Shown: positions 18,302 to 27,603, numbered from the stretch's first letter. The stretch: DNA of 51,930 bases from an uncultured bacterium (GCA_937876125.1 CALEHF010000226.1:1-51930); one strand, 5' to 3'. A program made the numbers and translations. The notes: generated by a model not told the origin, from the sequence alone.

Positions 18302-20248
18302 GTGTCCATGTCCCATCGCACCGTCCCCGATCCCGATCTGAAGACCATGCCCTCCGGGATCCCGTTCATCATCGGAAACGAAGCGGCCGAACGGTTCAGC
18401 TTTTACGGGATGAAGGGGATCCTCACCGTCTTCATGACGAAGTATCTCCTCGACGCGACCGGCCAGCCCGACAACATGAGCGACGAGCAGGCGAAGGGGG
18501 TCTATCACCTCTTCACGGCGGGTGCGTACTTCTTTCCGATCCTCGGCTCGATCCTCGCCGACGTGATTTGGGGCAAGTACAAGACGATCATCTGGATCAG
18601 CATGATGTACTGCATCGGCCACGGAGCGCTCGCCCTCATGGACGTGGGGCCCGAGACCGGGGCATATGGGATGCGGCCGCTGATGTACGTCGGCCTCTTC
18701 TGCATCGCGGTGGGCGCGGGCGGGATCAAACCGTGCGTCTCTGCCCACGTGGGCGACCAGTTCGGGAAGGGGAACAAGCATCTTCTCACGATGATCTTCA
18801 ACTGGTTCTACTTCTCGATCAACTTTGGCGCAGCGGCGAGCACGATCTTGACGCCGATCCTTCTCAAAGAGTACGGACCGTGGGCTGCGTTCGGATTGCC
18901 GGGCGTCTTGATGGCTCTCGCGACCTTCGTCTTCTGGTGCGGGAGGAAGCGCTTCATCCACGTGCCGCCGACCGGTTGGAAGAGATTCAAGGAAGAGACC
19001 TTCAGTCCCGAGGGGAAGCGCGCGCTCCTCAACCTCGCGCCGCTCTTCTTGATCTTCGTGCCTGCGTTCTGGGCGATCTTCGATCAGACCGGCTCGGCGT
19101 GGGTGCTGCAAGCGGAGGGGATGGACCGGCAGTTTCTCGGGTTCTACTGGCTCGAGAGCCAAGTCCAGGCGGTGAATCCGCTCTTGATCCTGCTCCTCAT
19201 TCCGGTCTTCACCTACTTCGTCTACCCGACCATGGGACGCTTCTTCAACGTGACTCCCCTGCGAAAAATTGGCATCGGTTTTGTGCTGACGATCGGAGCG
19301 TTCGTGATCTCGGCTCTGATCGAGACCGTGATCTCCGGGCGTGCGCCGGAAACAGCGCAGGCGATCTGGACCGCGCTCTTCGGTGGCGGGGGGAATCCCG
19401 GAGCACTCGATGCCGTCGTCGAGATGGCAAGGACAGCGGGGTGGTCCGAGGAGGTGCTCGCGCCGTTCCTTTCCGGGGCCGATCCTGTGCAATCGATCTG
19501 GGCGGCCCTCTATGAGTCACCGGTCGATCTCGAACGCATCCTCTCGGTCGCCCAGCACGCCGGTTGGTCCGATGCGCAGATCGCCCCGCTCCTCGTAGGT
19601 CCTGAGTCTGCCCAGGCGATCTGGGCCGGAATCGGAAGCACCGAAACGATGCCCGCCGCCCTCGCCGACATTTTGACCGCGGCGCGCGATGCGGGTTGGA
19701 CGAACGGGCAGATTGCCGCGTCCTTCGTCGGCGCGGAGTCCGCGCCGGCCCTCTGGTCCTCGCTCGGGAACGGTGAGTTGCCCCGCACACTCGCAGAAGT
19801 CGTCAAGACTGCGCGAGCTGCCGGGTGGACCGACGGGCAGATCGCACCGTACCTCTCCGAGATGCCGAACATCGGCTGGCAGTTCATCGCGTATGTCGTG
19901 CTCACTAGCGCGGAAATTCTGGTGTCGATCGTTTGCCTGGAGTTTGCGTATACCCAGAGCCCCAAGCGCATGAAGAGCTTCGTGATGGGGGTCTATTTCC
20001 TCGGAGTCTCTCTCGGAAACTTCTATGTCTCCGGCGTGAACCTCGTCATGGAGATCTTCAAGAACGATGACGGCTCCACGATCCTCGACGGCGCGACGTA
20101 CTACTGGTTCTTCACCGCAATGATGGGTGGAGCGACTGTCATCTACTTCTTCTTCGCGAAGACGTACAAAGGGGAGACGTTCATCCAAGGCGAAGATTAC
20201 GACGCGGTGGTCGCTGAGGCAGAGGCGGAAGGGACCGATCCGCGGTAA
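18302..20248 (+). CDS. POT/PTR2 family proton-dependent oligopeptide transporter with an inserted 4-repeat soluble domain
   Basis: N-terminal GNEAAERFSFYGMKGIL signature and multiple TM helices. About 170 aa of four roughly 42-aa repeats between the TM bundles. Start at GTG 18302 or ATG 18308. Confidence 0.88.
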   Translation: MSMSHRTVPDPDLKTMPSGIPFIIGNEAAERFSFYGMKGILTVFMTKYLLDATGQPDNMSDEQAKGVYHLFTAGAYFFPILGSILADVIWGKYKTIIWISMMYCIGHGALALMDVGPETGAYGMRPLMYVGLFCIAVGAGGIKPCVSAHVGDQFGKGNKHLLTMIFNWFYFSINFGAAASTILTPILLKEYGPWAAFGLPGVLMALATFVFWCGRKRFIHVPPTGWKRFKEETFSPEGKRALLNLAPLFLIFVPAFWAIFDQTGSAWVLQAEGMDRQFLGFYWLESQVQAVNPLLILLLIPVFTYFVYPTMGRFFNVTPLRKIGIGFVLTIGAFVISALIETVISGRAPETAQAIWTALFGGGGNPGALDAVVEMARTAGWSEEVLAPFLSGADPVQSIWAALYESPVDLERILSVAQHAGWSDAQIAPLLVGPESAQAIWAGIGSTETMPAALADILTAARDAGWTNGQIAASFVGAESAPALWSSLGNGELPRTLAEVVKTARAAGWTDGQIAPYLSEMPNIGWQFIAYVVLTSAEILVSIVCLEFAYTQSPKRMKSFVMGVYFLGVSLGNFYVSGVNLVMEIFKNDDGSTILDGATYYWFFTAMMGGATVIYFFFAKTYKGETFIQGEDYDAVVAEAEAEGTDPR

Positions 20249-20292
20249 GCTTCTGAGCCGAGGGAGTGAAGTTTCGATCCCTTCGAACGAAG

Positions 20293-20330
20293 AACGGGCT
20301 CGCACCGATCGCGGTGCGAGCCCGTTTGTC
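20293..20330. terminator. bidirectional intrinsic terminator
   Basis: AACGGGCTCGCACCG-ATCG-CGGTGCGAGCCCGTT followed by TGTC, between convergent genes. Confidence 0.7.
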
Positions 20331-20390
20331 ATCTTGGCCGACGCCGCACCGTTGCGTCTCGCATCAGAATCTCCCGCGATCACGACCCGA

Positions 20391-21242
20391 TCAGCACCCC
20401 GACTGACCACACCCGAGCGGGGTCCCGTTGACGAACCCGCAGGCGGGGAACGGCGCCGGCGGCGGCGCGCTGCCTCCGAAGCCGTAGTTGAGGAGGTAGA
20501 TCGGATCCGCGAGGTCGAGCACACCATCGCCGTTCGTGTCGGCGGCGGACTCGCACGCGATCGTCCCACCGCTGAAGAGCCCGCCGAGGATGGTGATCGC
20601 ATCCCCGATCGCGATCACCGAACCGTCGCCGTCGGCATCGCCGCGGAGGAAGAACACATCGATCGGCACGAACTGAATCGTGGGGAAGTCCCAGACCAGC
20701 GGGAACGATGTCGCTCCGATGACCATGAAGTCGTCAATGGGTGGGCTCACCCCCGCCGGGTTCGTCGGCGAGAAGCTGCCGATTCCTCCGCCCGAGTTTC
20801 CGATCCATGCGGCAGGGGTGGTGGCGATCGTCAGCGTGGCGACCGCGGTGGGTGCGCCGAACGCGATCGTCTCTGCCCCGACGATACTGAAAATAGCGCC
20901 GGCAGTCCCGCCATCGGGAAATGGGTCGATACTTCCGAGACCCGGTCCGCTCCCCCCGTTGAGATCGAGGAGCGGCCCACCGAACTCGAGGGCGACGCTC
21001 TGGAAGATCGCCGAGTCGTGGGAGTACGAGAACGAGAAGCCCGCGGTCTGAGCGATGGGGATCCCCCCAATAATGTCTTGGACGATCCGCAGGGTGGTCG
21101 TCGCAGACCCGATCCCGGTCGCAGGGTCGTAGGGGATGACCACCGGGTCGATCGAGATCGTGAAGGTCTGAGCGAGCGCGTGGATCGGAATGACGATCGA
21201 GCACAACGCGATGAGGGCTTGCGCGAACAAACGCAGCATCAT
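20391..21242 (-). CDS. secreted cohesin-like domain protein with C-terminal dockerin-like 4-Cys module
   Basis: Signal peptide MMLRLFAQALIALCSIVIPIHALA. Cohesin-like beta-sandwich pattern (AGFSFSYSHDSAIFQSVALEFGGPL). Tail FLRGDADGDGSVIAIGDAITILGGLF...AADTNGDGVLDLADPIYLLNYGF...CGFVNGTPLGCGQSGC. Confidence 0.65.
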   Translation of the reverse strand: MMLRLFAQALIALCSIVIPIHALAQTFTISIDPVVIPYDPATGIGSATTTLRIVQDIIGGIPIAQTAGFSFSYSHDSAIFQSVALEFGGPLLDLNGGSGPGLGSIDPFPDGGTAGAIFSIVGAETIAFGAPTAVATLTIATTPAAWIGNSGGGIGSFSPTNPAGVSPPIDDFMVIGATSFPLVWDFPTIQFVPIDVFFLRGDADGDGSVIAIGDAITILGGLFSGGTIACESAADTNGDGVLDLADPIYLLNYGFGGSAPPPAPFPACGFVNGTPLGCGQSGC

Positions 21243-21338
21243 GAGGACCTCCAGAATCGGATGGGGCGAGCAGAGCCACGAACTCGGCCCATTCTAGCTT
21301 CTTTCCGGATCATCCGCGAGGGCGCAGAGGTCTCCCCA

Positions 21339-22778
21339 CTACGGACAGATCGAAAAGCTGTCGCACTCCAAGTGATCCGCGGTCGGGTCGATCCCGCAGA
21401 TCCCCGCGGGCTGAAGGATCGGTCCGCCACCGCTGAACAAGACCCCCAAAATGAAAATGGGGTCGGCGATGTTCACCAGGCCGTCGTCGTTCCCATCGCT
21501 CGACTCTCGGCAAGGGAAGGGGTTCTGTCCGGCGATGATAAATGCACGCTGCAGAGTGAGGATCGGATCGGCGATGTCGATCGCACCATCCTGGTTCTCG
21601 TCGCCGCGGATGAACTGAGGGCCGGGGCCACGGTTGAGGAGGATGAGCGCTGTGTGCTCGACCTCGTTGGTGACGACGAGATCGGTCAGGCCGTCGACGT
21701 CGAAGTCCGCCGCGCTGATCGCCCACGGGCCATTTTCAGTCGGGACCGAGCCCGTCATCTGGAACCCACCGAGGCCATCCCCTTCGAGAATCACGATCTG
21801 ATCCTGGAAGGGGCGCGTGATCACGAGGTCGAGTGCCGATGAGCCGAGCAGGTCGGTCGCGATCACGGACCGCGGTCCCCCGCCTGTCATCACCACGGTC
21901 GGAGTTCCGTACAGGCGGCCGGGGAGCCCGGGGATCACCTGCGCGGCATCGACGTGGGTCACGACCAGATCGAGGACACCGTTGCCGTTCAGGTCACTGG
22001 CGATCACCGACGAGGCAGTCGGGAAACCAGTGATCTGCGTCGCTGCCTCGAAGGTGCCGTTTCCGAGTCCGTAGTGGATCGAGAGCGTGCCCCCGAACGA
22101 GTTCACACCGACGAGATCGTCGTGGTTGTCGCCGTCGAGATCGGCCGCGATCACTGCAGTCGGTCCGTCCCCGGCGGGAATCGTGACGTGCGGCGCGAAG
22201 GTCCCGTCCCCGTTTCCGAAGATCAACGAGAGCGTGTCCTCATCGCGGTTCGCGGTGACGAAGTCGATGAACCCGTCCTCGTTCCAATCACCCGAATCGA
22301 TGTGAAGCGGATAGAGGCCGACGGGGATCGCGAGGGCGCTCGACCAGCCGCCGAGCCCGTCTCCGAGAAAGCGAGTCGCCTCGTTATTCTCATGACCCAC
22401 GACCGCGGCATCGATCAGACCATCGCCGTTGAAATCGCCGAGAGTCAGCGAGATCGGGTGTGCGACACTGAAGCCAGGAACCGGAGTGATCGATCCCGGG
22501 ACGAACACCCCCCCGCCGAGTGAGGTGAGCACGCGCAGATCATGGGTGTGATGGTTCGCGAAGATGATATCGAGATCGCCATCGCCATCGAGATCGGCCT
22601 GAGTGACTTCGGCGGGGCAGAGCCCGACCGGGATGGACGTCGCCTCGAACTGGATGGGCGCCGGCGTGATTTGCGCCTTCGCTTCGGGGAGCGGTGCCCC
22701 GAACGCGAGAAACAGGAGCGCGAGAAACAAGAGCGCGAACACCAAAGCGGGAGAGACACGGATCGTGGCTGCGGTCAT
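21339..22778 (-). CDS. secreted FG-GAP/VCBS repeat protein with C-terminal dockerin-like 4-Cys module
   Basis: Signal peptide. Repeated DLDGDGDLD / DFNGDGLID / DWNEDGFID / DLDGDNHDD / DLNGNGVLD loops. Tail FIRGDENQDGAIDIADPILTL...SDGNDDGLVNIADPIFILGVLF...CGIDPTADHLECDSFSICP. Confidence 0.8.
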   Translation of the reverse strand: MTAATIRVSPALVFALLFLALLFLAFGAPLPEAKAQITPAPIQFEATSIPVGLCPAEVTQADLDGDGDLDIIFANHHTHDLRVLTSLGGGVFVPGSITPVPGFSVAHPISLTLGDFNGDGLIDAAVVGHENNEATRFLGDGLGGWSSALAIPVGLYPLHIDSGDWNEDGFIDFVTANRDEDTLSLIFGNGDGTFAPHVTIPAGDGPTAVIAADLDGDNHDDLVGVNSFGGTLSIHYGLGNGTFEAATQITGFPTASSVIASDLNGNGVLDLVVTHVDAAQVIPGLPGRLYGTPTVVMTGGGPRSVIATDLLGSSALDLVITRPFQDQIVILEGDGLGGFQMTGSVPTENGPWAISAADFDVDGLTDLVVTNEVEHTALILLNRGPGPQFIRGDENQDGAIDIADPILTLQRAFIIAGQNPFPCRESSDGNDDGLVNIADPIFILGVLFSGGGPILQPAGICGIDPTADHLECDSFSICP

Positions 22779-22798
22779 CAGGCTCCCATCGTTTGAGT

Positions 22799-22994
22799 CT
22801 ACGGGCAGGCCGAGTAACTAGCGCACCCGAAGTTTGGCTCGTAGGTCGGGTCGGGCCCGCAGGCCCCCGCCGGCTCGGGGATGTCAGAGCTTCGTACACC
22901 CCTTGGGCCCGGCCGGGGAGAGCCACGCCACCAGTGTGAGGCAGAGTGCCGACACGGTACAGATGGTCGCGAAGAGCGGAGTTCTGCGCTGCAT
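22799..22994 (-). pseudogene. mini-ORF: signal peptide plus isolated 4-Cys tail of the dockerin-like module, interrupted by a +1 frame offset at the TGA 22884-22886
   Basis: GAGGAGG is 6 nt before ATG 22994. MQRRTPLFATICTVSALCLTLVAWLSPAGPKGCTKL-TGA. The +1 frame continues DIPEPAGACGPDPTYEPNFGCASYSACP-TAG(22799-22801), which matches the tails CG.DP....L.C.....CP of the five full modules. Confidence 0.35.
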
Positions 22995-23240
22995 CGAGGC
23001 CTCCTCGCGTGAGTGGGTGTGTGTAGTTTCTCCAGTGTACCGGCTCGTTCGATGACGGGACAGGGGCCGAGGGGGATCGGCCTCTACGCCCTCCTCAGGT
23101 GCACCAAACCCACCCGGGTCGACTGTTCCGAGGGGGGGATGCTACTCTTCATTGCGGTGTTCTCTTCAGTGCCCACAGATCTCGTGGGCGCGGCCTCGAC
23201 GAGGCCCAGGGGGGAGCGAACACTCAGCTGAGGAGGGTTC

Positions 23241-23708
23241 TTGCTCCGATACTTCTTTGTGTCCATAGCGATCGCCGTCGTCGCATACATTGCGCTGCGG
23301 CTGACGATCGGGGCAGCGATCATGCCGGCCATCGATCCCCGCGTCGCGGCCGATACCTATTTCTTCCTCCCCGGGCTCGCCGCGGTCTTCGTCGGTGCCT
23401 GGGTGATCCGCCCCGCGATCCGCGCCCACGGTTTGCTGGGGCCGGTGTTCGCCACCCTCGCATTCCCGTTCGTTTCCGGCATCCTCTTCGTGCTCGCCAT
23501 GAACGTGTTCGGGGGCACCGAGGGGACCGACTTTGTCGACAACCTAGAGGGCACCGTGGCAGTGGTCAAAGCGGTCCCGGTGAAGGTCATCGAGACATTG
23601 CGGGTGACCATCCCCCTCGCGATCGTCAGCGTCTATGCGCTGCGGAGTTCGGATCCTCCGGAGAAGCTCAAGAAGAAGAACCTCGCGACCGTCGATCCAT
23701 ACGCGTAG
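23241..23708 (+). CDS. hypothetical polytopic membrane protein
   Basis: 155-aa ORF with about 4 hydrophobic helices and high GC3. TTG start preceded by GAGGAGGG. Confidence 0.55.
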   Translation: MLRYFFVSIAIAVVAYIALRLTIGAAIMPAIDPRVAADTYFFLPGLAAVFVGAWVIRPAIRAHGLLGPVFATLAFPFVSGILFVLAMNVFGGTEGTDFVDNLEGTVAVVKAVPVKVIETLRVTIPLAIVSVYALRSSDPPEKLKKKNLATVDPYA

Positions 23709-23904
23709 CCCCAAGTCCTCCCTCTCCCAACGATCCCCCTGAGCTCTCGCCAACGTGCCGGGGCCAGGACTGAAACTGGGAACCGACTGAAACAGGGAAC
23801 CGACCGTGAGGTCGATTCCCTGGGGAGGTGTGTCGCGCTGTGAATCGCTCATCGAGAGCACACCAGGGACGGCGCAGCCTCAGCGGCGTTGCAAGCCCGC
23901 CGCC

Positions 23905-23951
23905 ACCCCCAGAACAAGAGGAACAGGGGAGCCGCCCCTCGGTGGCTCCCC
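23905..23951 (-). terminator. intrinsic terminator of the 1139-aa gene
   Basis: On the minus strand, GGGGAGCC-N10-GGCTCCCC is followed by TGTTCCTCTTGTTCT, about 25 nt after the stop codon. Confidence 0.6.
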
Positions 23952-23976
23952 CGCTCACAAAGCTGAGCCAGACTCT

Positions 23977-26900
23977 TCAGGGCGCAGTGGTCTCCAGACT
24001 GCTCGGTCCCGGTGACCATTGGCCGGGGAAGGTGAGGGTCGCCAACGTACCGTTACAGTTGATCGTGTCGATGACCATCGGCAGATCGAAACAGACCCGA
24101 TCCCCCGTCACCTGTTCACCGACGCTCGTGGTGATCGAGAAGGTCGCGATTCCGTTCGCCGCCGTCTGTGCGCTGCTCGCGGTCGTCGTGAAGAACCCGT
24201 TCGAGTCGTAGATCGCGAAGCGACCCGCGAGGCACGGCGTTCCCGTCGGGCTGCCATTGTTCATGACCAGCTGGACCGTCGCGTCGTAGGTGAACGTGCC
24301 ATTGCCGTTGTCGGTCGAGGTCAGGACGATCGAGCCGACGCGCCGGTTGGGAGTTTGGATATCAGTGACGGTCTGCGGCAGCGCGGCGACCAACATCGTA
24401 CCCGGAGTCACCAGCGTGACCCCGTTCTGACCCTGGGTCCAGATCGCGAAGTGGTACATCGTTCCGTCATTCAGCTCTTCGACTCCCTGCGACAGCTGCG
24501 GGCGAATGAACGCCATGTGCTTCGTCTTCCACAGGTTCGAGTCGTTCGCGGCGAAGGTGGGTAGAAGCGGGTCTCCGCTGAAGGTTCCAAGCGCTGGCGT
24601 TTCACCGAACTCGATCCGCGACGGCGACAGCTGGTTGGTCGAGTACGCGAACTTGATGTTGCTGGTGTTCTCGAAAACCACCTCGAAACTGCTCGGGATC
24701 ACGATCGGCGCATTGACGGAGAGAACACCGATCGACGGATTGAGCGGTTGCGGGTCGTAGCCGTCCCACAGTCCATCGCCATCGGTGTCGGGGTTCTGGG
24801 GGTCGAGGCCTTGGGTGAGCTCGTCGCCATCGCGCACTCCGTCACGATCGCGGTCGAGCGCGATCCGCTCTCCCGACCAGTACGGCACTCCGTACAGAAA
24901 CAGCTCGGCGTCGCCGTTCTGGACCAGGGTCTTCAAGGCGGCGAACGTGAAGGTGCCGAGGCTCGTCGTATCTGCGCGGAACGCGGTGATCGACGGATCG
25001 TAGAGAAGCCCGACATCGATCCAGACGCCGCTCGGGCGAATTCGACCGGTGGCGACCAGGTCGCCGTTCATGGCGGTCGCCTGCGGAATCATGTAATTAA
25101 CAATTCGACCCACCGCGGTGGCATTCGCCTGAGTCCACATGCGGCAGAAGCTACTGAAGGGGGAGAGACCGCTGTCCAGCTCGTGCACGAACTGGGTCAA
25201 TGCCGGAAGGTCGGTCTTCGCTGCGAAGAAGAAGCGGTTGAACTGACTGATGTCGTTCAAAACTCCTTCGTGCTGCATGCCGAACCCGGTCATCGGCGCG
25301 AGCGGGAACTCGTCGGTCGGAAGCGAGATGTTGTCGGTGTTGATAATGTCCGACTCCTTCGACCACGCGCCGATGAGCTGGGCCGATTCGACCGAGCGCG
25401 GTGAGGTGGAACCGAGGATCGCCTCGGTGATCGAACAATCGGTTCCGGTCGGAAGCAGGTGGCAGACGTTGCAGCGCACTGGGTCAGTGATGAACTGGAG
25501 GAACCCGTCCTTCCCTTCGGCACTGAACACACGGCTCATCTGCTGGAGCGGGTTCGGTGGGTAGTAGCAGCTGAAGATGTAGCTCTTCATCAAATCCATG
25601 TCTCCGGGAGACAGGAGTGATCCCTTCAGCAGATTCACGAACGCGCCATTGAACGATTCGATATCGGGCTGCTCACCGCGCCAGTGGTACGGAGCGGTGC
25701 CCCAAAGGTTGCGGAGGTCTTGCGTGACCATCACTCCCTTCAAGTCCTTGAACTCGGTTGCCGGCCCCGGTGCAACATCGAAGAACTTCGAGAGCTGCCA
25801 ACCCAAGCCATCTTTGCGCGCTTCCGGGTGACACGAGGCGCAGTTCGTCGCGCCGTTGCCTGAGTTTGGAGTGTTGAAGATCCGGCGACCCTCTTTCACG
25901 TTCACAAAGGTCGGATCGAAGAGGTCGAAGCTGGCCAAGGGAGCGGAGGGTGGGGAGACGATGCTCGCAATATCGAACACTTGCACTGTCCCCTCGATCC
26001 GGCAGTAGACGTAGAGCCGCTTGCCGCCGCGCGCGATCGCGACGCCCGCCGGACCGTCGTCGGTGTCGATCGACCCGAAGTACGCGCCGGTCGGCTGGAC
26101 GACTCCCACCCGCGAGTTTCCGTATGCCGCGACGTAGATCCGGCCGAGCGCATCGTCGGTGAGATCGATCGGGAGCACGAGATCCTCGGCCTGCGGGCCG
26201 AGATCTTCGGCCACGAAGAAGCCGGTCGTTTGAGCGGGATTGTTCACGCGGAAGATTCCCACCCCGTTCTGCACCACGGAACCCGCTGGGAACGCTCCTT
26301 CACCGGTGAATTCTCCGTTCCGGCTTCGGAATGATCCGACCGCGATCCGACCGGAGTGTTGGTGCCCCATCATGCCGAACCCAACGGTGTAGAGCCCGGA
26401 GATCATGGTGATCTGACCGGTCGACAGCTCGAGCTCCGCGACGTCGTAGTCGGGGAGTGAGCGGTTCGGATCGTTGTTGAGATCGATGATGTCGACGTTG
26501 TCGAATCCGAGCGGGAGGCCAGGAGAGCCGGGGTTGACGGATTGCGACGGAGTCGTCTGGTTCCCCGACAGGTGGGACGAGACGTAGATGCTCCCTTGGA
26601 AGTAAGTGACCGAGCGCGGCTCGTTCAAGTGCGCGATGGATGCATTGTGCATCGCCGTCAACTCGATCACCTCCAACACGGACTTCAGGTTGGCGTCGAC
26701 GACGATCAGTGAATTCGTGTGCTTCGCCGCGATGTAGGCGCGCGCTCCGATGGGGACGAAGGTCCCGTCGGCGTCGGTGAACACTTCTTGGTTGAAGTCG
26801 ATCCCCATCGGGGTGCTCGCGTGCCCCGCTCCGACTTGACCGTTCGGAATCGCCGGGCGAATGACGTCAGTGATCCGGAACGTGGTGCGACTGATGACGA

Positions 26901-27396
26901 TGGTGGCGGTCTGGTGACTCATCGTCACCCAGAACTCGCCCACGTCCGATCCGATACCAGGGCGCTCGATGATCGAACAGATTCCCTGCCCCACGCGAGT
27001 CTCGCCGAGAAACGCGAGATCGGGGCCGAGGAAGACCACCCGGCCGTCGGCATCATTCGCGACCGCGATGATCCGGCTGTCCGCCGTGATCGCGATCGGT
27101 TTCACTTGTTGTGTTTCGAGGTTCACCAGCTCCCCACGCACTTGGTCGTACTTGTAGGGGGGAGCCTCGAATGCGCCGAACTGGTTGGCGCGTGGCTGGT
27201 TCGGAAATGGTTGGATCGGACCCGGGCCGGGGGTCGGACCGGGAACCACGATCTGCGCACTGATTCCCGCGGCCCTCGGCGCGACCCAAGGAACGAGCGC
27301 GACCGCCGCGATGGCGATGGCGATGGCGAGGAGTCGGGCGGAATGGAGGAGACGCAGTCGAGACGGAACATGGGATCGACGGAAGAACCTGCGCAT
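23977..27396 (-). CDS. large secreted fusion protein: beta-propeller + di-haem cytochrome c peroxidase-like region (2 CxxCH) + thrombospondin type-3 Ca-binding repeats + Ig-like C-terminal domains
   Basis: Start placed at ATG 27396 (MRRFFRRSHVPSRLRLLHSARLLAIAIAIAAVALV signal anchor). NCASCHPEARKDGLGW and RCNVCHLLPTG haem motifs. DRDRDGVRDGDELTQGLDPQNPDTDGDGLWDGYDP. Confidence 0.75.
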   Translation of the reverse strand: MRRFFRRSHVPSRLRLLHSARLLAIAIAIAAVALVPWVAPRAAGISAQIVVPGPTPGPGPIQPFPNQPRANQFGAFEAPPYKYDQVRGELVNLETQQVKPIAITADSRIIAVANDADGRVVFLGPDLAFLGETRVGQGICSIIERPGIGSDVGEFWVTMSHQTATIVISRTTFRITDVIRPAIPNGQVGAGHASTPMGIDFNQEVFTDADGTFVPIGARAYIAAKHTNSLIVVDANLKSVLEVIELTAMHNASIAHLNEPRSVTYFQGSIYVSSHLSGNQTTPSQSVNPGSPGLPLGFDNVDIIDLNNDPNRSLPDYDVAELELSTGQITMISGLYTVGFGMMGHQHSGRIAVGSFRSRNGEFTGEGAFPAGSVVQNGVGIFRVNNPAQTTGFFVAEDLGPQAEDLVLPIDLTDDALGRIYVAAYGNSRVGVVQPTGAYFGSIDTDDGPAGVAIARGGKRLYVYCRIEGTVQVFDIASIVSPPSAPLASFDLFDPTFVNVKEGRRIFNTPNSGNGATNCASCHPEARKDGLGWQLSKFFDVAPGPATEFKDLKGVMVTQDLRNLWGTAPYHWRGEQPDIESFNGAFVNLLKGSLLSPGDMDLMKSYIFSCYYPPNPLQQMSRVFSAEGKDGFLQFITDPVRCNVCHLLPTGTDCSITEAILGSTSPRSVESAQLIGAWSKESDIINTDNISLPTDEFPLAPMTGFGMQHEGVLNDISQFNRFFFAAKTDLPALTQFVHELDSGLSPFSSFCRMWTQANATAVGRIVNYMIPQATAMNGDLVATGRIRPSGVWIDVGLLYDPSITAFRADTTSLGTFTFAALKTLVQNGDAELFLYGVPYWSGERIALDRDRDGVRDGDELTQGLDPQNPDTDGDGLWDGYDPQPLNPSIGVLSVNAPIVIPSSFEVVFENTSNIKFAYSTNQLSPSRIEFGETPALGTFSGDPLLPTFAANDSNLWKTKHMAFIRPQLSQGVEELNDGTMYHFAIWTQGQNGVTLVTPGTMLVAALPQTVTDIQTPNRRVGSIVLTSTDNGNGTFTYDATVQLVMNNGSPTGTPCLAGRFAIYDSNGFFTTTASSAQTAANGIATFSITTSVGEQVTGDRVCFDLPMVIDTINCNGTLATLTFPGQWSPGPSSLETTAP

Positions 27397-27568
27397 GGGC
27401 CACCCTCTCGGCGAAACGAGGAGTCCTCGGGGCGGACATCGCCCCGACGGATGCTCCAAACCGACAGCCGACGCTCTCCGGATGTGGGAGAACGCGGTCG
27501 CTCGGTTCGAAGCGTGGGAGCCCATGGCCTGCGCAGGGTTGCTCTGGTTGTTCTGAACAGGCCTCCAA

Positions 27569-27603
27569 GGGAGCTAGTGTCGGGGGAGGGGTGGGAGGTT
27601 TCG
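27569..27603 (-). promoter_or_regulatory. promoter-like bipartite motif (minus strand GAAACC-N15-CGACACTAGCTCC), shared with the ECF sigma upstream region
   Basis: The plus strand GGGAGCTAGTGTCGGGGG...GGTTTC matches GGAGCTTAGTGTCGGGGG...TGTCAA at 39512-39547. It lies 173-207 nt upstream of the 1139-aa gene start. Confidence 0.35.

Noticed and set aside
22880-22892. RF2-style programmed +1 frameshift at CUC-UGA-C in the mini-ORF.
   Set aside because: The P-site codon CUC cannot re-pair well in the +1 frame (UCU). The SD-like AAGGGG is 9 nt upstream of the CUC codon, whereas in my recollection the prfB site has it about 3 nt upstream. An indel or pseudogene is more parsimonious, though not excluded experimentally.
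23768-23801. 17-bp direct repeat x2 (GACTGAAAC[T/A]GGGAACC) containing GGAAC/GAAAC -35-like words.
   Set aside because: There are only two copies. They lie between convergent gene ends, so no downstream gene could use a promoter there. This is probably a 3' UTR or terminator-region sequence.
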